Positions 40,731-51,475 of a stretch of 64,000 nt of DNA are shown here, one piece after another. The translations under genes and the position numbers were made by a program. Below the pieces are notes generated by a model that ran no database searches, had not been told where the DNA came from, and saw only the letters and a list, made by a program, of their open reading frames with translations. Position 1 is the first letter of the stretch. Every line of letters starts with the position of its first letter. The DNA lies in IMG/VR virus record IMGVR_UViG_2541047320_000011, positions 62,001 through 126,000 of that record. One strand, 5' to 3'. The DNA comes from an uncultured virus (IMG/VR IMGVR_UViG_2541047320_000011). Lineage: Duplodnaviria > Heunggongvirae > Uroviricota > Caudoviricetes.

Positions 40731-41306
40731 ATGGAAGAACAAATAGCTAACATAGAGAGTGAAGTAAAACAATTAAAAGATGTAATAAGAAAAATGGTTG
40801 GAGATTTAAAAGAAAATGAGAATAAAGATTCATTAATACCATTTCGCAGAAGTGAAAATATAAAAGATTTATTAGTAAGTTTAGTTGATTTTCAAAAAGA
40901 GGTAGAAAGTATTGAAAAGAGTTCTAATAATCCATTTTATAATAGCAAATATGCAAATTTAGATGATATTCTAATAACAATAAGACCAATATTAGCAAAA
41001 TTTGATTTATGTATAACTCAATTTCCCATTTCTGGTGGAAACAATTCAGTATCAATTAAAACTGTATTATGGCATTCTAGTGGTCAGTTTATGGAGTCCG
41101 ATAGTGTACCTATAAAACCGAGTAAATTAGATATTCAAGGATATGGAGCAACAGAAACATATAGTAAGCGTTATGCACTAGGTGGCTTACTTCAATTATC
41201 ATTTTGCGAGGATGATGATGGCAATTCTCAAGTTGAACCTCCTAATAAAAAAAATACATCTCAAAATATTCAAAGTACCCAACCTAAGCGTTCTGGAAGA
41301 ATATAG
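40731..41306 (+). CDS. ERF-family ssDNA-annealing recombinase
   Basis: NPFYNSKYANLDDI, HSSGQF, TYSKRYAL, EDDDGN. Confidence 0.9.
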   Translation: MEEQIANIESEVKQLKDVIRKMVGDLKENENKDSLIPFRRSENIKDLLVSLVDFQKEVESIEKSSNNPFYNSKYANLDDILITIRPILAKFDLCITQFPISGGNNSVSIKTVLWHSSGQFMESDSVPIKPSKLDIQGYGATETYSKRYALGGLLQLSFCEDDDGNSQVEPPNKKNTSQNIQSTQPKRSGRI

Positions 41307-41312
41307 AATAAT

Positions 41313-41345
41313 TTAAAAGGTCGCTCAATTAGGGCGACTTTTAAA
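41313..41345. terminator. Intrinsic terminator
   Basis: TTAAAAGGTCGCTC..GGGCGACTTTTAA hairpin. Confidence 0.7.
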
Positions 41346-41372
41346 CATCAACAATAAGAAGGAGGAGAATTA

Positions 41373-41930
41373 TTGGGAAGAAAAATAACTTGTAGATACT
41401 GTAAAGAAAAATTTCTAGCTGAAGATATATACTCAGTGATTCATATTACTAAAACGGGTAGAGAAGAAAAACGAAATTATTGTTGTGAATTACACTATAG
41501 ATTAGAAGAAAGAGAGAAATGGCTATGGAATCAAATTTTATTAGGAATAGATAGTATTATTGGTTACAAATGTATCGCAAAAAATAAGACTAAAATGATA
41601 AAAGAGATGTTAGATAACGGTTATACAAGAGAAGATGTTTATAATTGTATTTTAGAAATGAAAAATCAAATAATTGACGCTTTAGAGTTTAGAAAAGATA
41701 TAGAAAATGAATATCAAAAACTATGCTATATATTTACAATATTAAAAAATAACATAAGAGATGTTACAATTGTAAAGAAAAATATACAAAGAAAAGAGAA
41801 AAAAGAAACTGAGATGGATTTAGTAGACATACCTGAAGAAACAATGAAAATTCCAGTAGCGAGAAAAAAAAGAACAACAACCTTAAAGGATTTAATAAAG
41901 GAGGTTGGAGAAAATGGTATTAGAAAATAG
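41373..41930 (+). CDS. Zn-finger replication-associated protein (YorH-like position)
   Basis: CRYC...YCC..H; precedes the helicase. Confidence 0.6.
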   Translation: MGRKITCRYCKEKFLAEDIYSVIHITKTGREEKRNYCCELHYRLEEREKWLWNQILLGIDSIIGYKCIAKNKTKMIKEMLDNGYTREDVYNCILEMKNQIIDALEFRKDIENEYQKLCYIFTILKNNIRDVTIVKKNIQRKEKKETEMDLVDIPEETMKIPVARKKRTTTLKDLIKEVGENGIRK

Positions 41931-43506
41931 AGGGAATATTGAAAGCCTTGTGATATCGGTTCTGTTGCAAGATATAAGTATAATTGCTGACTATCCTCTA
42001 TCTGAAAATGACTTTACTTTTCCGAAAACTAAATTTTTTTACAATCTCATAAGAGAATTAAGTACAAAATATAAAGAGATAGATGAAGTGACGGTATCAG
42101 CATTTGTAGGAATGTCTCCTTCATTAAATGAATTATATGAAAAATATGGTGGTTGGGAAAGCATACAAAAAGTTAGAGATTTAGGAAATATACACAATCA
42201 AAAAAAATATATAGATGATTTAGAAAAATCTAATCTTATAATAAGGCTAGAAAGTAAAGGCTTTAATATAGATAAGGAAATTGAAGTGGAAGGTGTAAAA
42301 GTAAAACCAATAGACTTATTTCCTTCTATGACTGCATCTCAAGTTCATGATTTTTATGAAATGTTATTAGCAGATAGTAGTATTAATTTAGTTGGAAATG
42401 ATGTTGTTATAGAAGACTTGCATTATACTTCAGAAGAAATATTAAAAAAGAAAAATAATGAAGATGATAACTCAGCTAGTTTTGCAATAGCTTTAAGATG
42501 GCAAACTGATACTGGAGAAGAAAGATATGTTCAGGGTATGCCTATGTTGAGTAACATAATAGATGGAGTAGGGCACTCAAATGGTATATATTTTATAGCA
42601 GGTCATAGTGGCACTGGAAAAACAACTTTTACTTTAAATATGGCTATGGGGCTAGTAGAATCTGATTGTAAAGTCTTGATAATAAGTAACGAACAACAAA
42701 GTGAATACTACAAACAGATATTAATAACATATATATCAAATGCTATATTTAATTGTCATACAATGACTAGGAGAAAAGTTAAAAATTTTGATTTTACAAT
42801 TGAAGAAGAAAAAACTTTCTACTTAGCAAATAAGTTTATTGAAGAGAAATATTCAATACCAGGAAAACTTAAATTCATATCAATGTATGATTTTAACACC
42901 GAAAAAATAAAAAAAATAGCTAAAAAATTAAGTTTGAGTGAAGGCTATGATACTTTGATACTTGATACTTTTAAAGCTGAAGATGCCTCATCAGGAAATT
43001 CTACAGGTGAAATGAATGAAGCAGCTAGAGATTTTGATAAGTTTGGAAAACAAATGAGGATGAGAATAATTTTTCCTATACAATTAGCAACTTATACTGA
43101 AGGAAAAGTCAGTTATTTGACTGCTGCTTGTATATCAAATGCAAAACAAATTAAAGAGGTTGGGCATACAATAACATTGATGAGAAAAATAATACCAGAT
43201 GAACTAAATCCCGAAAAAGATAGATATTTTTTAAAACCTTACAGATGGAAAAAAGGTAGGTTAGAAGGGAAACTTCAAAAGTCATATTTAGAGATTATAG
43301 ATAGTTCCACAAAAGAAGGAAAAGAAAGAGAATTTGATAAAAATTGTATAGATATTAGAAAAAAACACATCTTGTTATTTGTAAATAAAACTAGGTCTGG
43401 TGATGACGATAATAAAATATTATTGTATGAAATGGATGGAAGGTCAGGAAGATTTATAGAAAAAGCATATTGTGATAATGTATTTGTTGGGCAATTAACC
43501 TATTAG
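41914..43506 (+). CDS. DnaB-like replicative helicase
   Basis: AGHSGTGKTT, ISNEQ, ILDTFK, PIQL, NKTRSG. Confidence 0.88.
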   Translation: MVLENRGNIESLVISVLLQDISIIADYPLSENDFTFPKTKFFYNLIRELSTKYKEIDEVTVSAFVGMSPSLNELYEKYGGWESIQKVRDLGNIHNQKKYIDDLEKSNLIIRLESKGFNIDKEIEVEGVKVKPIDLFPSMTASQVHDFYEMLLADSSINLVGNDVVIEDLHYTSEEILKKKNNEDDNSASFAIALRWQTDTGEERYVQGMPMLSNIIDGVGHSNGIYFIAGHSGTGKTTFTLNMAMGLVESDCKVLIISNEQQSEYYKQILITYISNAIFNCHTMTRRKVKNFDFTIEEEKTFYLANKFIEEKYSIPGKLKFISMYDFNTEKIKKIAKKLSLSEGYDTLILDTFKAEDASSGNSTGEMNEAARDFDKFGKQMRMRIIFPIQLATYTEGKVSYLTAACISNAKQIKEVGHTITLMRKIIPDELNPEKDRYFLKPYRWKKGRLEGKLQKSYLEIIDSSTKEGKEREFDKNCIDIRKKHILLFVNKTRSGDDDNKILLYEMDGRSGRFIEKAYCDNVFVGQLTY

Positions 43507-43525
43507 GAGGTGGTTATATATAGAT

Positions 43526-44581
43526 GTGAAAGAGCTTTTAAAAAGCATAACTGAAGAAGATATAATAAAAATACTTAGTGAACTTGGAAGTGATTTATCT
43601 GAAAAAAGTAATGACAAAGAATTAATATTTAAAACAATATGTCATAATAATCCAAATGATGAATGTAGCTATAAATTATATTATCACAAAGATTCAAAGT
43701 TATTTACTTGTTTTACTAACTGTGGAAATATGTCTTTATTTGATTTGGTTATGACATCTAAAAATATAGATTTTAAAAGTTCCATTAAATTCATCATAGA
43801 TATAGTGAAATGCACATATTGTTATGAACCAAAAGTAGGTTTTGGTACACTTAATGTAACTAAAAGCAAATCCATATTAGATATAGAAGTTGAAATATTA
43901 AATCGTATAGATAAGCCTTTTTTACACAGGATATACCCACAAAAACGCATTAAGCAATGGGAAGAGGAAGGAATATCATTTGAAGCTATAAAAAATTTTG
44001 ATGTAAGGTATGATATAGAGAACAATAGGGTTATAATTCCACATATGAATATTAATAATGAAGTTGTAGGTATAAGAGTAAGAGCATTTAATAAATATCT
44101 AACAAAAAGGTATGGAAAATATTATCCATTATGGTTAGATGATAAAGGATATAACCATCCATTAGGAAATAATTTGTATGGATTAAATAAAAACAAAGAA
44201 AATATAAGACATAAGAAAAAAGTTTTTATATTCGAAGGCGAAAAATCAGTATTAAAGTTTGAGACCATATATCCTAAAAATAATATAGCAGTTGCGACCT
44301 GTGGAAGTTCATTTTCTAATTATCAGAAAAAAATGATTTTGGATTTAGGAGTAACAGAAATCATAATAGCATATGATAGACAATTTCAAGAACTAGAAGA
44401 TGATGATTGTACTAAATGGTGGAATAAAATAAAAAAAATGACTAAAAATCTATCTGGGTTAGTAGATGTATATGTGTTATGGGATGTAGAGAATTTATTG
44501 TCGTACAAAGACTCTCCAATAGATAAAGGGAAAGACGTTTTTGAAAGATTATTAAAAAATAAAATTAAAGTAGGTGATTGA
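43526..44581 (+). CDS. DNA primase
   Basis: TICHN...CFTNC Zn motif; LYGL, IFEGEKS, IAYD TOPRIM. Confidence 0.88.
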   Translation: MKELLKSITEEDIIKILSELGSDLSEKSNDKELIFKTICHNNPNDECSYKLYYHKDSKLFTCFTNCGNMSLFDLVMTSKNIDFKSSIKFIIDIVKCTYCYEPKVGFGTLNVTKSKSILDIEVEILNRIDKPFLHRIYPQKRIKQWEEEGISFEAIKNFDVRYDIENNRVIIPHMNINNEVVGIRVRAFNKYLTKRYGKYYPLWLDDKGYNHPLGNNLYGLNKNKENIRHKKKVFIFEGEKSVLKFETIYPKNNIAVATCGSSFSNYQKKMILDLGVTEIIIAYDRQFQELEDDDCTKWWNKIKKMTKNLSGLVDVYVLWDVENLLSYKDSPIDKGKDVFERLLKNKIKVGD

Positions 44582-46282
44582 TTGGAATGGAAACTAAAAA
44601 ATCATATAGAAGATACAGTATTAAATACTGTTTTAAAAAATAGAGGTCTTAATAATCAAAAAATAAATTGGCTTTTAAATGCAGATATTTTAAATTGGGA
44701 AGATTATAATAATTACACCAACATTGATAGAGCCTACAATTGTTTATTAAAAAATATTAGGAATAATAATAAAATAGGTATACTCGTGGATACAGATGTT
44801 GATGGTTATTGTAGTTCTTCAATGATATATATGTTTATTAAATTTGACCTACAATATGATAATGTGTATTATATACAACATACTGAAAAGGCAAAAGTTC
44901 ATGGACTAACAAAGGAGGTTATGGATAAAGTAATTGAAAACAACACAAAACTATTAATCACTCCAGATAGCTCATCAGAAAATTTTAAAGAACAAATAGA
45001 ATTAAATAAAAATGGAATAGATTTCATTGCATTAGACCATCATATGTATGATTTAACTAAAGTGCCAGATACAAGCATAATAATTAATAATAAAGATGGA
45101 GAAGTAGAAAATATAGATGGTAGTGGAGCAATGGTTACATATAAATTTATAAGATACATAGTAGATAAAGTAAATTTAGATATAGGATATAAATATATTG
45201 ATTTGGCTAATCTTGCAAATATAAGTGACTCTATGGATATGAGGTCATTAGAAAACAGATATGTATTCAATATAGGTAAGCAAGTAAACTATATAACCAA
45301 TCCCTTAATATTATCATTTGTTCATGATTTAAAAATAAAAAATTATTTAAAGATAGACAATGTTGTTTGGGGTATTTCGCCCATAATAAATGCAATAATT
45401 AGAAATGGAACAATAGAAGATAAAGAATTGTTGTTTAGAGCTTTTATAGGTAAAGAAAAAACAATTATCTATAAATCAAAAGGTGAAATTAAAAAACAGA
45501 AATTACAAGATGCTATTATAAGGATAGGTAAAAACTATAAAAGAAAGCAAAAAGATATAACTGATAAAGCAATAAAGGGAAATGTAAAGCTATTTTCAGT
45601 GGAGAATGATAAGGTTGTACTAATTGATTCAAATAGTATAGATGCAAAAGTAACAGGATTGGTAGCAAATAAATTTATGAATGTATTCAACAAGCCAATA
45701 CTTATGATAAGAGAAGCTGATAATAAAAATAATTATACAGGTTCAGTAAGATGCCCTAATTATATAGATAATTTTAAATCTATTTGCGAAGACAGCAAAT
45801 TATTTAATTGGTGTAAAGGACATGAATCTAGTTTTGGATATGAGCTTCCCAAAGAAAATATAAATAAGTTTATAAAATATACAAATGATAAATTTAAAAA
45901 TACAACAGTAATAAGTAATGTAGAAGTAGATTTTGTATTTGACAACAATATAAACATAAATGATTTAATATGTATAGGAGAATTAGAAGATGTTTGGTGT
46001 GGGACAATTGAAAGACCTAAATTTATAATTAAAGACTTAAGAATAAATACAATGGATATAAAAAAATATGGAAATGCTAATTATAGTTTTATGAAAGATA
46101 AAATTTTATTTAAAAAAGATTTTTGTAGTAAAAAATTTTTTAGCAAAATGATTGACGAAGATAATAATAATCTTAAATCTAAGGATTTAATAATGGATAT
46201 TTTATTTTCTATTAAAAACAATGAAAATGGATATTCTTATATAGATATAATAGATGTTGAAAGTGGTGTTATAAATGAATAA
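44582..46282 (+). CDS. recJ: RecJ-like ssDNA exonuclease
   Basis: VDTDVDG, ITPD, LDHH, GSVR, GHE. Confidence 0.88.
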   Translation: MEWKLKNHIEDTVLNTVLKNRGLNNQKINWLLNADILNWEDYNNYTNIDRAYNCLLKNIRNNNKIGILVDTDVDGYCSSSMIYMFIKFDLQYDNVYYIQHTEKAKVHGLTKEVMDKVIENNTKLLITPDSSSENFKEQIELNKNGIDFIALDHHMYDLTKVPDTSIIINNKDGEVENIDGSGAMVTYKFIRYIVDKVNLDIGYKYIDLANLANISDSMDMRSLENRYVFNIGKQVNYITNPLILSFVHDLKIKNYLKIDNVVWGISPIINAIIRNGTIEDKELLFRAFIGKEKTIIYKSKGEIKKQKLQDAIIRIGKNYKRKQKDITDKAIKGNVKLFSVENDKVVLIDSNSIDAKVTGLVANKFMNVFNKPILMIREADNKNNYTGSVRCPNYIDNFKSICEDSKLFNWCKGHESSFGYELPKENINKFIKYTNDKFKNTTVISNVEVDFVFDNNININDLICIGELEDVWCGTIERPKFIIKDLRINTMDIKKYGNANYSFMKDKILFKKDFCSKKFFSKMIDEDNNNLKSKDLIMDILFSIKNNENGYSYIDIIDVESGVINE

Positions 46283-49200
46283 AATACAAAAAAAAATCTC
46301 AATGAATAATTATGTTGTATACCACTTACATGATGATACTTCTAATTGTAATGGTTTTGCTGACTCCTGTAGCAAATATGATGAATATATATCATTAGCA
46401 AAAAAAAATAACATGAAAGCAATAGCATTTAGCAATCATGGTGGTATTTATGACTGGGTAAAAAAGAAACAAGCATGTGATAAAGCAGAAATAAAGTATA
46501 TTCATGGTGTAGAACTATATACATGCATAAATTTAGAAGATAATAATAGAGGTTGGCATATTGGCTTATATGCAAAAAATTTAAAAGGTGTTAGAGAGTT
46601 AAATTCTCTAATGTCAAAAGCTACATCTAAAGGGATTTTAAAGGATAATAGTGACCGTCATTTTTATTTCAATCCAAGAATATCATTTGATGAATTAATG
46701 AATACAAGTGACAATATAATAATAACTTCTGCTTGTCTAGCATCACCATTATGGAAGCTAGGTGATACAAATATAATAGATACTGAGGGTATTGAGAAAT
46801 ATAATTATAATATAAGAAAAAGACAAGAGTTGCTGGAATGGATGTCTAAAAATAATCATAGATGTTTTTTAGAAATACAATATCACAACTGTGATAGTCA
46901 AAAAGAGTATAATAAAATGCTCTATGAGTGGAGCAACTTATATGGAATACCATTGATAGCAGGGACAGACACTCATTCATCATCTAAATATAAAGCAGAA
47001 TGTAGAAAAGTGCTTCAAAAATCTAAAAATAGCTTCTATGGAGAAGAAGATGAATTTGACTTAACATGGAAAAATTATGATGATTTAGTTGATGAGTTTA
47101 AAAAACAAAATATTCTACCTACTGATATTATATTGGAAGCAATTAATAATACAAATAAATTAGCTGCTATGGTTGAAGATTTTACACTAGATAAAACTTT
47201 TAAATACCCTAATTTATATGGGGAAAATGCCAATCAAACATGGAAAGATTACATAGATGAAAAACTTTTAAAATTAATAAATGTAAATGCTATTGAAAAA
47301 GAAAAAATAAATATATATAAACTAAGAGTACAAGAAGAATATGAAATAATGTGTAATCAAGGCATGGCTAGTTTCATGCTGTTTGTAGCTGAATTAGTAA
47401 ATTGGTGCAAAGATAATGATATTCATGTTAGCCCATGTAGAGGTTCTGTTGGTGGTTCTTTAATAGCATACATAACAGGAATAACAGATGTGGATGCTAT
47501 TAAATGGAAAACTGCATTTTCAAGGTTCTGCAATGCTGATAGAATATCACTTGGAGATATAGATTTAGATTTTAGTCCATCAGATAGACAAAAGGTTTAT
47601 GAATATATAATTAATAGATTTGGAAAAGATAAAGTATCATATATACTAACATTTCAAACTATAAAGGATAGAGGCAGTATAGATGTACTTGCTAAAGGAT
47701 TAAATTATGATAATTTGAAGTTGGTTAAAAATATAAAAGACACATTTGATAATATCTTTAAGGAATATTCCAAAATAATTATAGAAGAAATAAACATAGA
47801 AGAGCTGGAAGGCAAAGAAAGTAAATCGCCAGACTTTATAGACCATGAATTATATTTGTATACAATAAGAAACAATAAGAAAAAACAAAGATTAATTAAA
47901 TTAAAAGAAATGTGGGATGAGTTAAGAGAACATAATAAGGATTTATTTTATTATTTTGATGGAATTAGAGGAGTAATAACTTCTAAAGGTACACATCCAG
48001 CAGGAATGATTGGTAGTCCAATAACTTTGTATGATAATTTGGGTGTATTTTATAAAGATGGAAATGAAAACAGTCCAGTATCATTTTGCACAATGAAAGC
48101 AGTAGATTCATTGAATTATGTAAAATTTGATATATTAGGATTAAAAACTATAGGTATAATTCAAGATACGTATAAACTTATAAATAAAAAATGGAAGTAT
48201 GCTCACGAAATAAATTGGAATGATAAAAATGTTTGGGAAGATATAAATAGAATCAATGTTGGAATCTTTCAATTTGAAGGTGATTACGCTTTTGATTTGT
48301 TAAGTACATATAAAGCAAAATGTGTAAATGATATGTCTTTGGTAAATGCAAGTTTAAGACCTAGTGGAAAATCATATAGAGAAAGATTAATAAATAGAGA
48401 ATTTAATAAAAATCCATCAAAAGAAATAGATGAATTATTAAAAGATAATAATGGGTTTTTAGTATTTCAAGAAGATACAATAAAGTTCTTAACAGACATA
48501 TGTGATTTTGATGGTTCTTTAGCTGATACAACTAGAAGAGCAATAGGAAAAAAAGATGATGTTGAATTAGAAAAACAATTGCCAAAGATTTTAAATGGCT
48601 ATTGTAAACATTCAAATAAACCCAAAGAAATAGCTGAAAAAGAAGCGAAAGAATTTATACAAATAATATCAGATTCTTCAGAATATCAATTTGGATATAA
48701 CCATTCGACTGGATACTCTATGAATGGTTATATATGTGGAATGTTAAGATACTACTATCCTTTAGAATTTACAACATCATATTTAAATTGGGCAGATAAT
48801 GAAGAAGATTTGAATAATGGAATAAAGTTGGCAAAAGAATATGGGATAGAAGTTAAAAATTGTAAATTTAGATATTCAAGAGCAGAGTATTTCATGGACA
48901 AAAAAACAAATACTATATATAAAGGTATATCAAGTATTAAATATTTAAATACTGAAGTTGCTGAGTATTTATATTCATTAAGAAATAATGAATATAATAC
49001 TTTTACTAAATTGTTAATTGATTTAAATAAAAACATCAATAGTAGACAATTAGAAATATTAATTAAGTTAAACTTTTTTGAAGAGTTTGGTAAGACATGT
49101 AAATTATTAAATATTGTTCAAGTATTTAGTGCTTTTTATGAAAAAAAACAATTAAAGAAAACTAATATCTATGCGAAATATATAGAAAAATTCGCAAATA

Positions 49201-49607
49201 GAAAAACTGAAAAAATGTTCATGGATGTAAATATTTTAGCATTGTGTGAATACATGGAAGATGTTTTTGAAAATAAAGATATTCCAATTGAAGAATTAAT
49301 TAAAGCTCATTATGAAAATGTAGGAAGTTGTAATATTATTAAATCTGATGAAAATCCAAGACATTGTATAGCTGTAGATATTAATACGAAGTACTCCCCT
49401 AAAATTACATTTTATAATATACGCTCTGGAAGAATAAAAGAATGTAAGATAAAGAAAAAAACATTTAAAAACAATCCAATTAAATTGTTTGACAAAGTAT
49501 ATTTAAATAAAACTAGAACTGAATCAAAAAAGAGATTTATAAATGATGATTATGTAGATGTAGAGGGAATTGATATATGGGTAAGTTCTTACTGGATAAT
49601 TGAATAG
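46275..49607 (+). CDS. dnaE: DNA polymerase III alpha subunit
   Basis: PHP domain HLH, RGSVGGS, DIDLDF, HPAG, KFDILGL, GIFQFE, FGYNHSTGY. Confidence 0.95.
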   Translation: MNKIQKKISMNNYVVYHLHDDTSNCNGFADSCSKYDEYISLAKKNNMKAIAFSNHGGIYDWVKKKQACDKAEIKYIHGVELYTCINLEDNNRGWHIGLYAKNLKGVRELNSLMSKATSKGILKDNSDRHFYFNPRISFDELMNTSDNIIITSACLASPLWKLGDTNIIDTEGIEKYNYNIRKRQELLEWMSKNNHRCFLEIQYHNCDSQKEYNKMLYEWSNLYGIPLIAGTDTHSSSKYKAECRKVLQKSKNSFYGEEDEFDLTWKNYDDLVDEFKKQNILPTDIILEAINNTNKLAAMVEDFTLDKTFKYPNLYGENANQTWKDYIDEKLLKLINVNAIEKEKINIYKLRVQEEYEIMCNQGMASFMLFVAELVNWCKDNDIHVSPCRGSVGGSLIAYITGITDVDAIKWKTAFSRFCNADRISLGDIDLDFSPSDRQKVYEYIINRFGKDKVSYILTFQTIKDRGSIDVLAKGLNYDNLKLVKNIKDTFDNIFKEYSKIIIEEINIEELEGKESKSPDFIDHELYLYTIRNNKKKQRLIKLKEMWDELREHNKDLFYYFDGIRGVITSKGTHPAGMIGSPITLYDNLGVFYKDGNENSPVSFCTMKAVDSLNYVKFDILGLKTIGIIQDTYKLINKKWKYAHEINWNDKNVWEDINRINVGIFQFEGDYAFDLLSTYKAKCVNDMSLVNASLRPSGKSYRERLINREFNKNPSKEIDELLKDNNGFLVFQEDTIKFLTDICDFDGSLADTTRRAIGKKDDVELEKQLPKILNGYCKHSNKPKEIAEKEAKEFIQIISDSSEYQFGYNHSTGYSMNGYICGMLRYYYPLEFTTSYLNWADNEEDLNNGIKLAKEYGIEVKNCKFRYSRAEYFMDKKTNTIYKGISSIKYLNTEVAEYLYSLRNNEYNTFTKLLIDLNKNINSRQLEILIKLNFFEEFGKTCKLLNIVQVFSAFYEKKQLKKTNIYAKYIEKFANRKTEKMFMDVNILALCEYMEDVFENKDIPIEELIKAHYENVGSCNIIKSDENPRHCIAVDINTKYSPKITFYNIRSGRIKECKIKKKTFKNNPIKLFDKVYLNKTRTESKKRFINDDYVDVEGIDIWVSSYWIIE

Positions 49608-49725
49608 ATATACTATAAATAAAATTCTAGTGGTGATTTTGAAGAATAAGTAAATAAAATCTAAAAACAAGATAAAACATATAAATATAGAAGAATTAAA
49701 TTTTTATAAATAAAAGGGGATTCAA

Positions 49726-50026
49726 ATGGGATTAAGAATAGAATTAAATAATTTAAAAGATTGGACTAAAGAATATGCTAAATCATTCAAAGCATGTTTT
49801 ACTATAACATATTCAAAAAATATTTAGAAAAATTTGCAAATGATAGATTTCAAAATATCGTAGATGAACAAGAGTTAGATTTGACTAATAAAGAATTTAA
49901 AAATTATAAAAAATATTTGTAAAAACCTTTATTGATACTATGATTGAATTAATAGAAGATGAAGCAAAAAATTTAAAAAATAAGAAAAAGACAGAGGAAG
50001 AATCTAAGAAGAAAAAAAGTAATTAA
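49726..50026 (+). pseudogene. Degraded hypothetical gene (two frameshifts)
   Basis: SD plus ATG; coding-like sequence switches frame twice; final TAA is the site at 50024. Confidence 0.45.
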
Positions 50027-50141
50027 AATCACTATTTTAATAAGATTTAAAACTTAGGATTATGTATAAAATAAGGATGTTAGAGTAAATTATAAACTAA
50101 ATAAAAAACAGATAAATTGTTTAAAGTCTATTTTTATTCAG

Positions 50142-50170
50142 TTGAAAATGGTATATAATAATAATATAAT
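50142..50170 (+). promoter_or_regulatory. Sigma-A promoter of the DndB-like gene
   Basis: TTGAAA-N17-TATAAT; box variant at 50095. Confidence 0.7.
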
Positions 50171-50196
50171 AAAATACAAAATAAGGAGAGATTTAA

Positions 50197-51336
50197 TTGG
50201 CGATAACATTTGATAATATATATAATCCTAATGAACATAAACTTACTGAGAACTACACATTTCAAGGAGTAGACCACTTATATAAAAAAATGTGGACTAT
50301 AAATATTTCTGCATATGAAATAGCAAAATTATGGGATGAACAAAAAATAATATACTATCCTGCAACACAGCGTGGTCTATTAGCAAAAAAACAAGCAGAT
50401 GGAACATTTAAATATAAAGCAGTTTTTAATAAAACAAGAGTCAAAAGTATTCAAAAAAAGATATTACAAGAAAAATATTTTCCAGACCAACTAACAATAA
50501 ATATACTTGATGAAAATGGGAAAGAAGGAAAAGTAATATATGATGAATATACTTCGCAACTAACAATAATACTAGGTTTAATGTGTATGCAAGATGGTCA
50601 ACATAGAACAAAAGCAATACATAATATATATCAGGATGCCAAAATAATAGGAGGAGAAGATGAAAATAGAATAATAAAAATATTAAAAACTCTTAAATTT
50701 CCTGTTCTAATAACTTGTCATAACATGGAAGTTGCAATGGAACATTTCTGGCAATTAAACTTGCACGAAACTCTTTCTAAGTCGAGAATTGAATCTTTTA
50801 ATAAACAGGATGCAGTAAATCGTATTATGATAAAATTAAATGAAAAAGGGGCATTAAAGAATAAAATAGATATGGTTAAAACATCTATTGCAAAAAATGA
50901 TATGATGAATATTGTTACTTTAAATACACTTGTAACAGCATTTAAAAATACTTTTAGTGATATCGAAGACAAAAATATGGAAGAAGAATGTTTTAAATTT
51001 TTAAAAGAGTTTTTTGAAGAATTAGTTAAAATTTATCCTGAGATGATGTCTTATGAAGGAAGAAAAATGTCTAAAGAAATTTCATTAACTTGTGAGAATT
51101 TCATGTTTTATGCATATCTAGGTCTTGCGCATAATTTATATTTATGGAGACACTCAAATTGGAAAAAGAAGATGCAATGTATTAAGTATATAGATATGGA
51201 TAAAGGCAGTTCTATTTGGAGCAGAGTTATGAGAGAAACAAGTTCTGGATTAAGTATTATTAATAATACAAGTACAAGAAGAACCTTGAAAGATATATAT
51301 TTAGAGCAATTTGCAATTCAGCAGCAAAAACAATAG
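50197..51336 (+). CDS. DGQHR-domain (DndB-like) protein
   Basis: TQRG...QDGQHR...FWQLN motifs. Confidence 0.82.
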   Translation: MAITFDNIYNPNEHKLTENYTFQGVDHLYKKMWTINISAYEIAKLWDEQKIIYYPATQRGLLAKKQADGTFKYKAVFNKTRVKSIQKKILQEKYFPDQLTINILDENGKEGKVIYDEYTSQLTIILGLMCMQDGQHRTKAIHNIYQDAKIIGGEDENRIIKILKTLKFPVLITCHNMEVAMEHFWQLNLHETLSKSRIESFNKQDAVNRIMIKLNEKGALKNKIDMVKTSIAKNDMMNIVTLNTLVTAFKNTFSDIEDKNMEEECFKFLKEFFEELVKIYPEMMSYEGRKMSKEISLTCENFMFYAYLGLAHNLYLWRHSNWKKKMQCIKYIDMDKGSSIWSRVMRETSSGLSIINNTSTRRTLKDIYLEQFAIQQQKQ

Positions 51337-51340
51337 AGAT

Positions 51341-51381
51341 AATACTAGATTTTAAAATGAAAATTTTTAAAATCTAGTATT
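51341..51381. terminator. 17-bp-arm inverted repeat
   Basis: AATACTAGATTTTAAAA-N7-TTTTAAAATCTAGTATT. Confidence 0.6.
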
Positions 51382-51457
51382 GCATTTTATCTAGTTGAGT
51401 GTTATACTTATATTAAACTTAATTAAATTTATAAAATTTTTATAAACTAAATAAAAT
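51380..51457 (+). promoter_or_regulatory. nrdD promoter with operator box
   Basis: TTGCAT-N17-TATACT with TG extension; AACTAAATAAAAT at 51445. Confidence 0.7.
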
Positions 51458-51475
51458 ACAAAGGAGTGGTATTTA

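Noticed and set aside
50197..51336. Dnd phosphorothioation system
   Set aside because: Only a DndB-like gene is present; no dndA/C/D/E in the window
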